Shown here: positions 37,511 through 48,843 of the stretch, piece by piece
How positions within the stretch are numbered: position 1 is the stretch's first letter
Layout: each line of letters opens with the position of its first letter
Assembly (NCBI GenBank): GCA_965603825.1
Contig: CBFDEM010000032.1
Coordinates: 248,001-312,000, forward strand
DNA length: 64,000 bases
Source: Blepharisma stoltei ATCC 30299
Lineage: Eukaryota > Protista > Ciliophora
Reading direction: 5' to 3'
Made by a program: the position numbers and the translations under genes
The notes under the pieces: model-generated
The model's input: the letters and a program-made list of their open reading frames with translations, nothing else
Database searches by the model: none
What the model was told of the DNA's origin: nothing

Positions 37511-37976
37511 ATAACGAAGTTATTTCTCTTTATTTCTAAAATTTTAAGCTAATCTCTTATATTTTCAAGTAATTAGTCTGACCAGAATTATAGTGTACAT
37601 TTTTAAATTATTATAAAATATTAATTTAAAGTCTTTATAAAATTAAAGAATGAGAACTTAAAAGTAAGAATAACTCTTCTCATATAGCATAGTTAAACTT
37701 TTCTAATATTCTCTGATGTAATTCGAGAGCTATCAAAATTTTTCATTATTTACTCCAGTTTTGATTGGTGGATTAATAATATATCCAACAAAATCGGCAC
37801 CAACTATATTATCTTTTAACTCTTCACTATCTTTATGATTGCTAAAACCGATACTGATTCTTTATTTTATTAATGATTTGCCATTAGCATTATTAATAAA
37901 TGTGTTCTGACATTTTTATTAAATTTACCGACTGATGTTGATTTATTAATGGTAAGTTTTAATTGTTAATAATAAT

Positions 37977-40880
37977 ATGTATACCATGCAGCCTATAATC
38001 CTTTGTATTCTATTCGCATCTGCTTATTGCATTGCAACCCAAGCAGAGCAAAACACAATGACTCCCTTATCAGATGATGAAGGAATTAATTTCCTAGAAA
38101 AAGGAAGTGGGGGCGGCAAAAAATGGTCATTCTTACAAATAGAAGACGCCGATGGGAAATCTGGAACATGGAGTTCAGGAGGATCACAATCTACAAGCAC
38201 AGGCTCAACAGTTCCAGCGAGTTCTGGTTCAGGATCTGGAAACGCTTCAGGCCAGCAAGGGAAAACTGACTCGCAATCTTCTGGTCAAAACAATCAAAAA
38301 CAGTCAACGGCTACTGGGCAGCAAAGTGGAGGGCAAAGCTATGGAGGAAGCCAACAAACCGGACAACAGGAGGGAAACGATTATCAATACTCTTATGGAG
38401 GAAGTCAACAAACTGGGTCAAGTGGAGCATCTGGCCAGCAAAATTATGGAAATCAGCAATCAACTCAAGGCGGATCATCTGGCCAGCAAAATTATGGAAA
38501 TCAGCAACCGACTCAAGGCGGATCATCTGGCCAGCAAAATTATGGAAATCAGCAACCAACTCAAGGAGGATCATCAGGACAAAGTAACACTGGCAATCAA
38601 CAACCAACTCAAGGCTACTCTTCAGGCCAAACCAATACTGGAAATCAACAGCCAAGTCAAGGCCAAAATAATAATGGCAGCCAACAACCAACTCAAAATG
38701 GATCATCAGGACAAAGTAATACTGGCAGTCAGCAGCCAACTCAAGGTGGATCATCAGGCCAAAGTACCGGCAATCAGCAATGAACTCAAGGCGGATCATC
38801 AGGACAAAGTAATACTGGCAATCAACAGCCAACTCAAGGCGGATCATCAGGACAAAATTCCAGCGGGAACAGTCAGTCAACTCAAGGGGGGTCATCAGGA
38901 AATCAGCAACCATCTCAAGGAGAATCATCCGGGCAATATAACTCTCAATCCACATCAACTCAAGGCCAGCCATCTTCTGGTGAAAGCTCTTCTCAAGGAT
39001 CAACATCTGGACAAACTTCATCCACTTCTAGCACTTCCTTCTTAGAAACAGAGCACAATCAATCAGGATATATAACATCTGGAGAACAGGGATACTCTAC
39101 AACAAATGGGAATAATGCCAATTATGGAGCCACTAATGGTGGAGAAAATTCTAATTATAGCGGCTCAGGATCTGGGAACACTGGAGGAGGAAATAGCCAG
39201 CAAGCAGGAAGTTCTTGTGCTGGAGGATGCTGTCAAGGAGGAAACTGCGGTTCAGCTGGGAGCGGTGGAGGAAGTCAGCAGGGATCTAATGGTAACTCTC
39301 AGCAAGGTGGAAACTACGGTTCAACTGGAAATACCGTAGGGGGTCAGTCTGGAAATGATAAATCTCAAGGGGAAAGCTGTGACTCTAAGCAATGTAGTAG
39401 TAGTTCAACTGGAGGAAATCAATCAGGGTGTGAAGGTAAAAATTGCCAAGGAGGAAAGGGAGTTTGGTTTTTGCAAAATCTCAGAGGCTCAGGAAGCTCA
39501 GATCAAGGAATAAATGGGTCAAATAATGGAAGTGGGCAACAAGGAAGTTCCGGATCTATAGGTGGACAGCAGGGTTCAAGTAGTCAAAACAGCGGAAATT
39601 ATGGAACGGAAACGAATACAATGGGCGGTCAACAAGGGAATTACGGATCTGGCACAATGAGTGGACAACAGGGAAATTATGGAACGAGCAGTCAGGGCCA
39701 AGAAAATTATGGAACAGGAATGGATACTAATAGCGGTCAAATGAATGGTCAGCAAGGCAGTTCTGGATCAAGTGGCCAAAATTATGGATCAGGAATGAAT
39801 TCCATGGGTGGTAGTCAAGGGCAGATGGGAAGCTCCGGATCAAGTGGCCAAAATTATGGATCAGGAATGAATTCTATGGGTGGCAGTCAAGGACAGATGG
39901 GAAGCTCCGGATCAAGTGGCCAAGGAACTTATGGAACAGGAATGAATACTATGGGTGGTAGTCAAGGACAGATGGGAAGCTCCGGATCAAGTAACCAAGG
40001 AACAGGAATGAGTAATATGGGCAATAGCCAAGGACAGCAAAGTGGAACCATTTTTATTGAAGATTATCAAGGCTCCTCAGGAAATGTAGGCCTTAGTTCA
40101 AATACTGGAACAACGGGCAACACTAGTGGCAACGGAAGCCAATCATGTACTGGCTGCAATAATGGTAGCTCTTGTGGCAATTCAAATTGTCCTAGCGGAA
40201 ACAGTGGCTCAACGAATAACTCTGGAGTCAACAATTCAGGAGCACAAGGATGTGGCTGTTCAAATGTTGGATGCGATGGGAAATGCAACAATTCAGAAGT
40301 GCAAGGATGCGATGGCTCAAATTGTGGAAGCAGTGGATCTACAAATGCAGGAGGATCAAATACTGGGACTCAAGGAGGTTGCTCAAATCCTGGATGCGGA
40401 AGTGGGTCAAGCACTCAAGGATGCTGCACAAACCAAGGACAAGGTACATCTTCAACTGGCAGCTCTCAAGGGGGGATGGGCAATAATCAAGGATATTCTC
40501 AAGGCTCCGGCTCAGATACAACCTCTTCAGGAATGTATGGTAATCAAGGTTCGACTTCAGGAGGAATGTGGAGTAATAACGACCCCACCATGGATTGGCC
40601 TGGCTCAGGCATTTCATTCTTAGAAAGCGATAATGACTTATCTGCTGAATTTAATGAACTTGATTTCATGGAAGTGGATAACGATGTCTTTGTTGAAATT
40701 TCTTCCGAACTGGATTGGGATGATTATGACATGGATGACTTTGACGAATGGAGGGCAAACAGAACTTCGCGTCGAAATGAAACTTCATCATCATCTGATT
40801 CATCAGAGCCAACTAATACAACAGATACAATTGGTGCAACTGGTACAACTAGCACGACTAGTGGTTTCTTCTTCTTTTAA
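37977..40880 (+). CDS. secreted Gly/Ser/Gln/Asn-rich repetitive protein with Cys-rich blocks (967 aa)
   Basis: Signal peptide; frame checked open from 37977 to TAA 40878 with a single TGA at 38781. Confidence 0.88.
38428..38900 (+). repeat. coding tandem repeat, 48-bp unit (SSGQQNYGNQQPTQGG), roughly 9-10 diverging copies
   Basis: catctggccagcaaaattatggaaatcagcaa recurs at 38428, 38476, 38524, then degenerates. Confidence 0.9.
39756..39995 (+). repeat. coding tandem repeat, 72-bp unit (GSSGSSGQNYGSGMNSMGGSQGQM), about 3 copies
   Basis: ggatcaagtggcca recurs at 39765, 39837, 39909. Confidence 0.9.
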
Positions 40881-40966
40881 CTGAAGAAGATTAATTAACA
40901 CTTTTATTAAAACCTCTCTCAATTAAAAAGAAACTTTTTTTTCATTCACTAAAATTGATACATTAA

Positions 40967-41992
40967 TTATACATTATTGTGTTTCTTTCTCAAAGAAAAC
41001 TGTCTTGTTTCAGCATTAAAATTTCTATGTAAGAATTTTATATAATCATCATCTAAATCTAAATTCATTGCTCTTTCAATCAGTTCGCTCCATTCCAGCT
41101 TGCGCTTTCCTCCATCCAGCACAGCCATGAAGCTCTTTCATTCTTTTTGAGACTGGTGGCAGATCTTTAGCTGTCCCAGAATTTCTATGGGGTCATCAGC
41201 TGCTAAGAGCTGCTCTTCAAGGCATCCTAATAGTACAATCACAATTCTATAGAAAAAACTTCACCCTTTCATAAAGAACTGCTCCAAGATGTTCACCATT
41301 TCTCTCACAGGCACTACACTTCCGAATAGTGTAAAACACCACTCAGCTGCGTACATTTCGCTTATTATCCTGTGCTCAGCAAAGTGCGTATGCAGCCTTG
41401 GCAATAAATCCAAACAAATCAGCTGAATTATCTGGCAATGCTTTGAAAGCCCAGGAAGTGCCGGCAAATAAATATCGCGCAGTTCGTATTCTTCCATGAG
41501 CCCGATAAATAACCAGAAAGCATCAACCTCACTGGAGTGCCACAATAAGGCGGCCACGATAAAGTTCATTCCTTGCACATAGCCGAGCACGTGGTCGTAT
41601 TTGCTGAATGCCAATAGCACCCTTCTCAAGGCTTCTTTGCCTTTCGATTTATTCGAGAAATAATTTTCATCAGGAAAAGTTCGATTTAAGTCGAGCTCAA
41701 TTTGCTTTACACTTGCGAGGTACTGCGGGGTTTCGAAGTTACTTTCCAATAAGTCTTGATAGATTTCATCAGCGTTTCTAGGCGGGCCGCACTTAGAAAG
41801 CCACATTGCTGCTCGGGGGCATGAAAGTAATGAATGCCGCGGGATAAACTGTAAATATTTGCGGGTAATGAAGCTTCTAGACTCAGAGTAGCAAGAGCAT
41901 TGAATTTCGTGGTTGTTTGTGTAAATTCTCATACTTTTGGAGGCATGTCTGTGATTAGGTGTATTGCTTTTGAAAATATTTAAGTTTTCCAT
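40967..41992 (-). CDS. TBC-domain RabGAP (341 aa)
   Basis: QIELDLNRTFP (Arg finger), GYVQGMNFI (Gln finger); extends past TGA 41261 to TAA 40967. Confidence 0.92.
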
Positions 41993-42161
41993 ATTATCTA
42001 TTAGCCGAATTCTCAACTATGTGTGATTTGCTTCAGACTTGACCCTGACAGCTTGTCTTTTTAAAATTAAACAACCTTATTCATTCTATAAAAACCAGTG
42101 GAATCTGCAGCATGGACTGGAATTATAAATTGTAAGATAATTAAGAATACAGTTACCCAAA

Positions 42162-42422
42162 ATGGCTATGAAATCAAGCAAGGTACAGGATTATCATTTT
42201 GGGACATATCCTCGGTCTATGATTCGTACTTCTGACTCCAACAGTAACAACAAGCCAAGACATGACCGATATGGGAATCTTTTCAAGTCCAAAGTGCACA
42301 AAGTGAGTTTCAAGGACAATATCCTTGCAGAGCCTTTGTTCGTCTTGTTCGAAGTCGAACCAATTGTATATCCTGATATAGAACCCAAACAAAAAAAGTG
42401 CTGTGCGTGTCAGATATTTTAG
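42162..42422 (+). CDS. small protein with RVxF-like motif (KVSF) and CaaX (CQIF)
   Basis: 86-aa ORF ending KKCCACQIF. Confidence 0.7.
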   Translation: MAMKSSKVQDYHFGTYPRSMIRTSDSNSNNKPRHDRYGNLFKSKVHKVSFKDNILAEPLFVLFEVEPIVYPDIEPKQKKCCACQIF

Positions 42423-42471
42423 CTGTTAATCGAGTAATTTAAGCTGTTTTTGCAATAATAAACATTTTACC

Positions 42472-43875
42472 ATGGAGTTTATTCAGTTTCTGACACAACT
42501 CCCAGCCTGAAGATACGCCAAAAACACATGGAAAGTCAAAGTCACAGCGCCTGAAGAATATAGTGCAATACTTGTGGAGTATGAAATAATGAATAACAGG
42601 CATTTGATTGACATTGTTCAAAAAATTCAAAGACTCCCATCACTGACTGAATCTGAAGACGCGCTGGGCCAAGTCACGATGAGTTTCCATTGAAGTGGGA
42701 AATTTTATATGGTGTATGAAGATTTCGAAGAAGCAGAAAATATCATTGGTATTGAATGGATTTGTGAAAGCTTCAGGAAAGGAATTGAGGGACTGGCTAA
42801 ACTAGAAAAAGATGGCACTTGGCATGGTGATATTTGTATGGAAAATTTCAAAAGAGGCGAAAAATGTGGAAAGCTTTTTGGATATGCATTGCCAAAACCT
42901 AGAAGTTTTGAAGGCTCTGGGAACGTGAATCCATATAAACAAGATATGAAAAATTTATGCCAGGTTTTATTAGATACTACAGGATGTCAAGAGAGCTTTG
43001 AAAAGTTAGCAGAAGCATATGGAGACTTGGAAGAATTGAAAATGATCAAAAGAATTGTGGAAAGTGAGCTTGAAACAATTCCTACTGCTCTAGATATTCT
43101 AGATTTAAAGAATTCATTAGCTAGAAGAGATAGATATAAAGATGGCACAGAAGATAGAAATATAAATGAAGGCCAAATGCTTTTTTTTACTAAAAATGAT
43201 TATCTTCAATCATTTTCTATCAGCCTGGAGCCAAAAATTTCAAAAATTATTAAGAATCCTTTAGGAAAAGGAAGCAGCATTGGCAAATTTAAGGGAGATT
43301 TGATAATAACTGGAGGATGTGGCACAGAAAATAATACTTTTAAATATAATGCTGAAAGTATGCTATTTGAAATTTTGCCTGCAATGCTATCAAATCATCA
43401 ATTTCACACATCAATTGAATTTTCAAACAGCCTCTGAGTAATTGGAGGGATTTCATCAAAGTCTTGTGAAAGTTGAGATGGAAATCATTGAAATGTGCAG
43501 CCAGAGCTCAGGTATGCAAGAGAAAGTCCAAGTGCTTATATAAGCGACACTTTATATGTTTTTAGTGGTGGAGTAGAGCGATTGGAAGGTAATTCATGGA
43601 CACTCCTAAGCATTGAACTAAACCTTATTGGATGCTTTGGATTAGTAAAGGACTCTCAAATCATAATTTTTGGTGGGAGAGAGTTAGCAACTTATAATGA
43701 TGAAATACTAATATATTCACTTGATAGTCCATCTATTCAAGAGAGACGTGAAGGGTTCACTGGCCTATTCGGTAGCAACCCATTCTATGAGTCTGGGAAT
43801 GCTGTTTGTGTCCCTTCCAATTCAGGAAAGATTGTCCAATTCAACACAATATCTAAGCAACTAATTCTTCTTTAA
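42472..43875 (+). CDS. degenerate kinase-like domain + Kelch repeats (467 aa)
   Basis: Single frame via five TGA codons; WHGDICMENF catalytic-loop remnant; ITGG/VIGG/FSGG/IFGG kelch repeats. Confidence 0.75.
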
Positions 43876-43885
43876 ATAATTCATA

Positions 43886-44464
43886 TTAAAAAACTCTACA
43901 AAGACAGCAGTTCTGAAGTCCTTCTCTTCCTTTTCGGTTGTTGATTTCTTCCTTCACTTTCCTTGCGCATTCAATGAATGCAGTTTCTAAGTTTTCCCTT
44001 GTCTTCGCAGACACTTCGAGCGATTGGCAATTTCACTCTTCCGCCAATTTTTTCGCAGTCTCTGCTGTCACTTCTCTTTTATTTTCTACATCACTTTTGT
44101 TTCCCACTAATACCAAAGGTATATGTGATGTGTCTTTAACATGGAGGATCCGATCCCGCATCTGCTTAGCGTCTTGCAGGGTTTGCCTATTAGTAATGTC
44201 ATAAACAATTATAAAGCCAATTGCCTGTTGAATTAGTGAATTTAAGTTTCCTACACTTGCATCTTGACCTGCTGTGTCAATCAGATAAAACATGATAGCA
44301 TCACCATCAACTGCCATTTGCTTTCGGTAATAGTCTTCTACAGTAGGCTCATAGTTTTCAGGGAAGCGATTTCTAGAGAATTGCAAACAGAGCGAGCTCT
44401 TACCAACGCCAGCTGCTCCTAATACTGCGACTTTAAATTCTAATGTCTTAGAACGCTCTACCAT
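43886..44464 (-). CDS. Ras/Rap-family small GTPase with CaaX (CRVF; 192 aa)
   Basis: GAAGVGKS, YEPTVEDYY effector loop, DTAGQ, GNKSD, EVSAK after TGA 44033. Confidence 0.9.
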
Positions 44465-44993
44465 TTTAGAAAGAGATTAAAAGATGCGTGAATTTAGTTA
44501 AGGGATGAAGTTTTATGTCAAGCTGGCTATTTTATTCGAATTAGTTAGATTAGTAGCCAATTTATTTAGCTAGATACTCAAAATCTGAATTAATCCAAAA
44601 CCACGGAGGCGGGAGAGAAGATTATTTTCAGCTTAAATTTTTCAATAGTAGTGATTTTTACAGCAATCAAATGATCTTTAAATCAGCTGAAAGCATGATA
44701 CATAAAGTGACTTGAATATTCCTTCACAACCTTCAGTTCACAATATCAATGATAAATTAATTTTACATTGAATATAAAGAGTTATAGCTTCAAATAGATT
44801 ATTGTGTTCAATTTGCTATAATAAAACAAAATTCAAAGGGTATATAGGAAATTCTATAAAGCTATTCGAAAGTTTCGATAGTTAATTGTCTTAGTGATTT
44901 AAACTTTTCAAATAAAAATCTAAAGCCAACTATTTTTGCCACTCATATTCACTCTTCTAAGAATCTTAGGTAATCTAATAGTTGGATATAAAA

Positions 44994-45350
44994 ATGTCTT
45001 CGCTGTTCGAAAAATACGGAGGTGATCCTTTCTGGCGCAGAGTTCTCGACGATTTTTATAATGTAAACATTACTGACCCTGCACTGCAAGCATATTTCGT
45101 TGGAAGGGATGTAGAGAGAGTGAAAGCTATGAATGCAGGTCTACTCAAGGCCGCACTTGGTACCGCAGAAAACCACTTTTTTACTTCAATTAAAAGAGTT
45201 CATGTCGGATTGGCGATTAGCTCTCCTGCATATGATAGATTTGTTTCCAATTTGTTTCAAATCTTAAGGGATAGAGGTGTTACTCAGGAAGATTTGGAAG
45301 ATATAAACGATGTTGTCTCATCCTTTAGATCAGATATCGTTACGATATAA
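44994..45350 (+). CDS. group I truncated (2/2) haemoglobin (118 aa)
   Basis: SLFEKYGG, DFY (B10 Tyr), YF (CD1), AALG, proximal His in RVHVGL. Confidence 0.88.
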   Translation: MSSLFEKYGGDPFWRRVLDDFYNVNITDPALQAYFVGRDVERVKAMNAGLLKAALGTAENHFFTSIKRVHVGLAISSPAYDRFVSNLFQILRDRGVTQEDLEDINDVVSSFRSDIVTI

Positions 45351-46435
45351 TCAAGGTTAACTAATTAGAAGATTAAGAAATAATCGCTCATTCACTGCAT
45401 AACTTAGCTAGCAATAATATCCACATATGCATTACTTCAACCTCTTTTGAATTCAATGCTTCGGTACTCTCAAATTAAACAGGTAATGGTTATTTTTTAA
45501 AGGATAAGAACGGGCTTTAACTTTGAGATTAAGCAAGCAAAGAGGTATAAATTGGTCTATCATGCTTCATAGCCACATAAACGCTTAGCATTTGATAGAA
45601 GTTATAAAGGAAAATAATATTGATACAAAAGAAGTTTAGTCTAATTATTGTGCTTTATATAAAGCCAATTCTAAATCAATCGCTTTGAAAAGCCCTGTTT
45701 CAATGTCGAAAAATAAAAGAGATAATTATATTTTTATATCAAAAAAATAGATAAAGAAACAAAATATTATGATAAATTTAATAAAAACAATTTTAATATC
45801 TTTTATAATTATTTAAATTAAAATCGATTGAAGTGATTGCTCAAATCTTTTATGCTAAACACTAATATACTTTTATTAGTGAATCAAGATCAAAACTGAT
45901 TATATAAATTATTAAGATATAAAGTACTGATTGATTATGCGTACTTTCATGAGCTTACAGTAAAGATAATGATTAATATAATTAGATGTTATTTACAATA
46001 AATCGTTTTAATGAATATTTTTAAGTACTTAAATCATAGAAATGAATTTTATAAGAAAATGAAATATTTCTCCTGTAAATGCATAAATAATGCAACCTTC
46101 TATCTATGATAATAATTTTGAATTAAATCCTTTGAGTTAGGAATTGAATTAATAACTTAATCTCAAAGGTGTTCTCTATTAAGCATTACAATCGCCCAGA
46201 AGAGTATGAAAATTAAGAATATATGGGCTTTGTTTGATAAATTTCTTTTATAAAAGTGCAATAGCCATCATATCTTATATATATAACGCCATAAAATTGT
46301 AGCTATTAGTTTTTGGCATTTAATATTAAATAAGAAGAATTATTAAAATTCCCTAATTAGTATTTGATTTAAACTTTCTTATAATTTATTATCCTATGAT
46401 TTGGTTAAAAACTTCATTATAATTTATGAATAATA

Positions 46436-48585
46436 ATGAATTATAAAGTAAGCCATGGAGCACATATAGCTAATATCAAGAAAAATCAATGTTTTCTAAC
46501 CTCAAAATCAAAATATCATTTTTTATGTGCTTCTAAATCGCCAAATGAAGCAAAATTATTTATCGCTAAAGTTATCGCTAAAGTTATCGCCAGGGATATT
46601 CCAAAACTAAAAGGAATTGACTCTATAGTGCACAGTTATTTCAATAGAATCAACATCGAGAATTATTTAGATATCATTATTCTTTTAGTTCCATTAATAA
46701 CTCAAAATTTGCAAGAAGATTTATGCAATGTCATCAAACTAACTAGATCTTCAGATTCCATAAATTTAGCAGCAATAAATGCAATTTTTATATTAAACAG
46801 GGCTGATTTTGAATTTAGGAATATAGATTTCAGTAGAATAAATATTTCAGGAGCTAATCTATCAGAAAGTTTCTTTTTCAATGTAAATTTTGAAGGCAGC
46901 AACCTCAAAGCAGTAAACTTCACTCAATCGAAATTATCCAACTGCAATTTTCGGAATTGTGACTTCAGAGATGCCGTTTTTAGTAACTTTATATTTTTTG
47001 GGAAGCATAAGAAGTTTATTAAAATCGTAAAAATTTCAAAAAATGACGAACTTCTCCTTGCATATAGCGAAAAATGCGCGAATTTGTGGAACTTAAAGAA
47101 AAAAACGTTTCTTAAGACATTATACATTGATATTCGTGATGCTGAATTTTCTCCATGTGGAAATTTTATTGCTTTTATATGTGATAACTTTTCACTCTGG
47201 ATATGAGATATAAAAAATAAAGTAAAACCCCAAAAAGTGCATGAAAAGATAAGCAATATCGCATTTTCTCCATACGAAAATATATAGTATTTAGCTGCAA
47301 TGATTTTGTCCAACTGAATTGTTTAAAGCATTTCAAAATGCGCAATAAATGAAGAATCAAAAATTTTCGCAACCTTACTTTTACTAAATGCGGAAAGTTC
47401 ATTCTAGGTGTCTCTGACAGCATATGGATAAAGCAGGTGTCTATTATAAGCGAAACTGTGGAATTGTTTTGTGACCCTAAATGGCATGAAATATGAGTAT
47501 ACTTCTTTTTGTCACCAAGTCATAAATATTTCTGCCTTATTGGTAAAAACTTTTCTATTCTGAATTCAGACACAAAAGAGCTGAAATTTGTATCAAAATG
47601 AAATCCATTCAAAAATCTGCAAGCAATTTCATGATCCCCTTATGAAGATAAAGTCGCTTTTGCAAATTGAGATGGAATATGACTGCTTGATGTTGAAAAG
47701 CAAATGATATCTGCTCAAATTAGAGCTTCATTTTGAAAAACGTGGGCACCGTGCTGACCAATTTGCTTTACAAAATGCGGCAGATATATAATTGTTGGAT
47801 GAAATGATGGGTGAATTAGGCTATGAGTATTAGAAAGCCAAAAAAATCAAAGAAAAATCGAGTTGACGGAAAATTATACAACTTCTGCAGCATTTTCTTC
47901 ATGTGAGAGTTATTTATATAGAGTTAACAATTGTGGCAGTGTTGATAGGTACGATATAATCAAAAAGCACTCAGAAAATTGAATTAAAGGTTCGGGAAAT
48001 TATTATGATAGTGTTGCAACGTTTTCAAGATGTCGAAAATATGTTGCTGTACAACAAAATTCTTGATCACTTGCTGTTTGAAATCTTGACACAAAAGAAA
48101 TATTTTGTGACTTTGAAACAAACCTTATTTCTAGATACGACTTATTAAGTTTTTCGGGTTCTGGAAAGTTGCTTTTTTCTAATAATTGAAAGTCAATGGC
48201 TATTTGAAACCTTGAGCAAAACAGTCTTGTATCAATATTAGAGTGTAATACAAATATGTTAGCCATTTCACTAAATGATAAATATTTCGCATTATCACAA
48301 ACATATAATAGAAGTATTGAAATATGAGAGTTTGAGCAAGATTATAAGAAAATTCAAAACTGAAATTCTGATAGGCCAATTAAGTCACTGCTATTTTCTG
48401 CTTGCTGTGAATTTTTATATTCTGGAGATTATGTAGGGAATGTTGAGATATGGGATTTTAGAAAGGCTGAAAAAATAAGAGCATTCGGAAGATGTAACCA
48501 ATCTGTCATATTCATGGCTATTTGTCCAAGAGGTTTGATCTCTAGGACATCAAGAAAAGTATTTTTATGGAACCCTCCCTGATAA
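46436..48585 (+). pseudogene. pentapeptide-repeat + WD40 gene with one frameshift near 47276-47281 (pseudogene or assembly indel)
   Basis: ANLS/VNFE/SNLK pentapeptides, then WD40 repeats; first frame hits TAG 47285, but a shifted frame stays open 47281-48585 with about 19 TGA, many at WD Trp positions. Confidence 0.7.
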
Positions 48586-48843
48586 AGGAGAAAAAATAAA
48601 AGAAGCACGTGCGAGTAGGGATAAGCGTTTTTACACAAATTTTGATTATTTGCAGTCATTTTCTATAACTAAGTCTGGCGAATGGGTTCTTTCAAAAGGA
48701 AATCATAAAGGTGTAGGGGTCTGGAAGCAAATTTAAAAAAATAAATATATTCCTTCCCTTTTCATTGTAGAATTTTGTTTGAAATAATGAATAAGAGAAG
48801 TAACTTATAGAAATTTAATGGAATAATTAGATTTAATATGAAT

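Noticed and set aside
38428-38900. Regular repeats as a CRISPR array
   Set aside because: Contiguous in-frame units with no unique spacers; eukaryotic context
38152-39045. 297-aa alternative-frame ORF and 236-aa antisense ORF (38311-39021)
   Set aside because: By-products of the stop-poor 48-bp coding repeat
47222-47253. Intron explanation for the WD40 frameshift
   Set aside because: The 16-nt candidate gives the wrong phase; the 17-nt candidate starts GTG and has an atypical length
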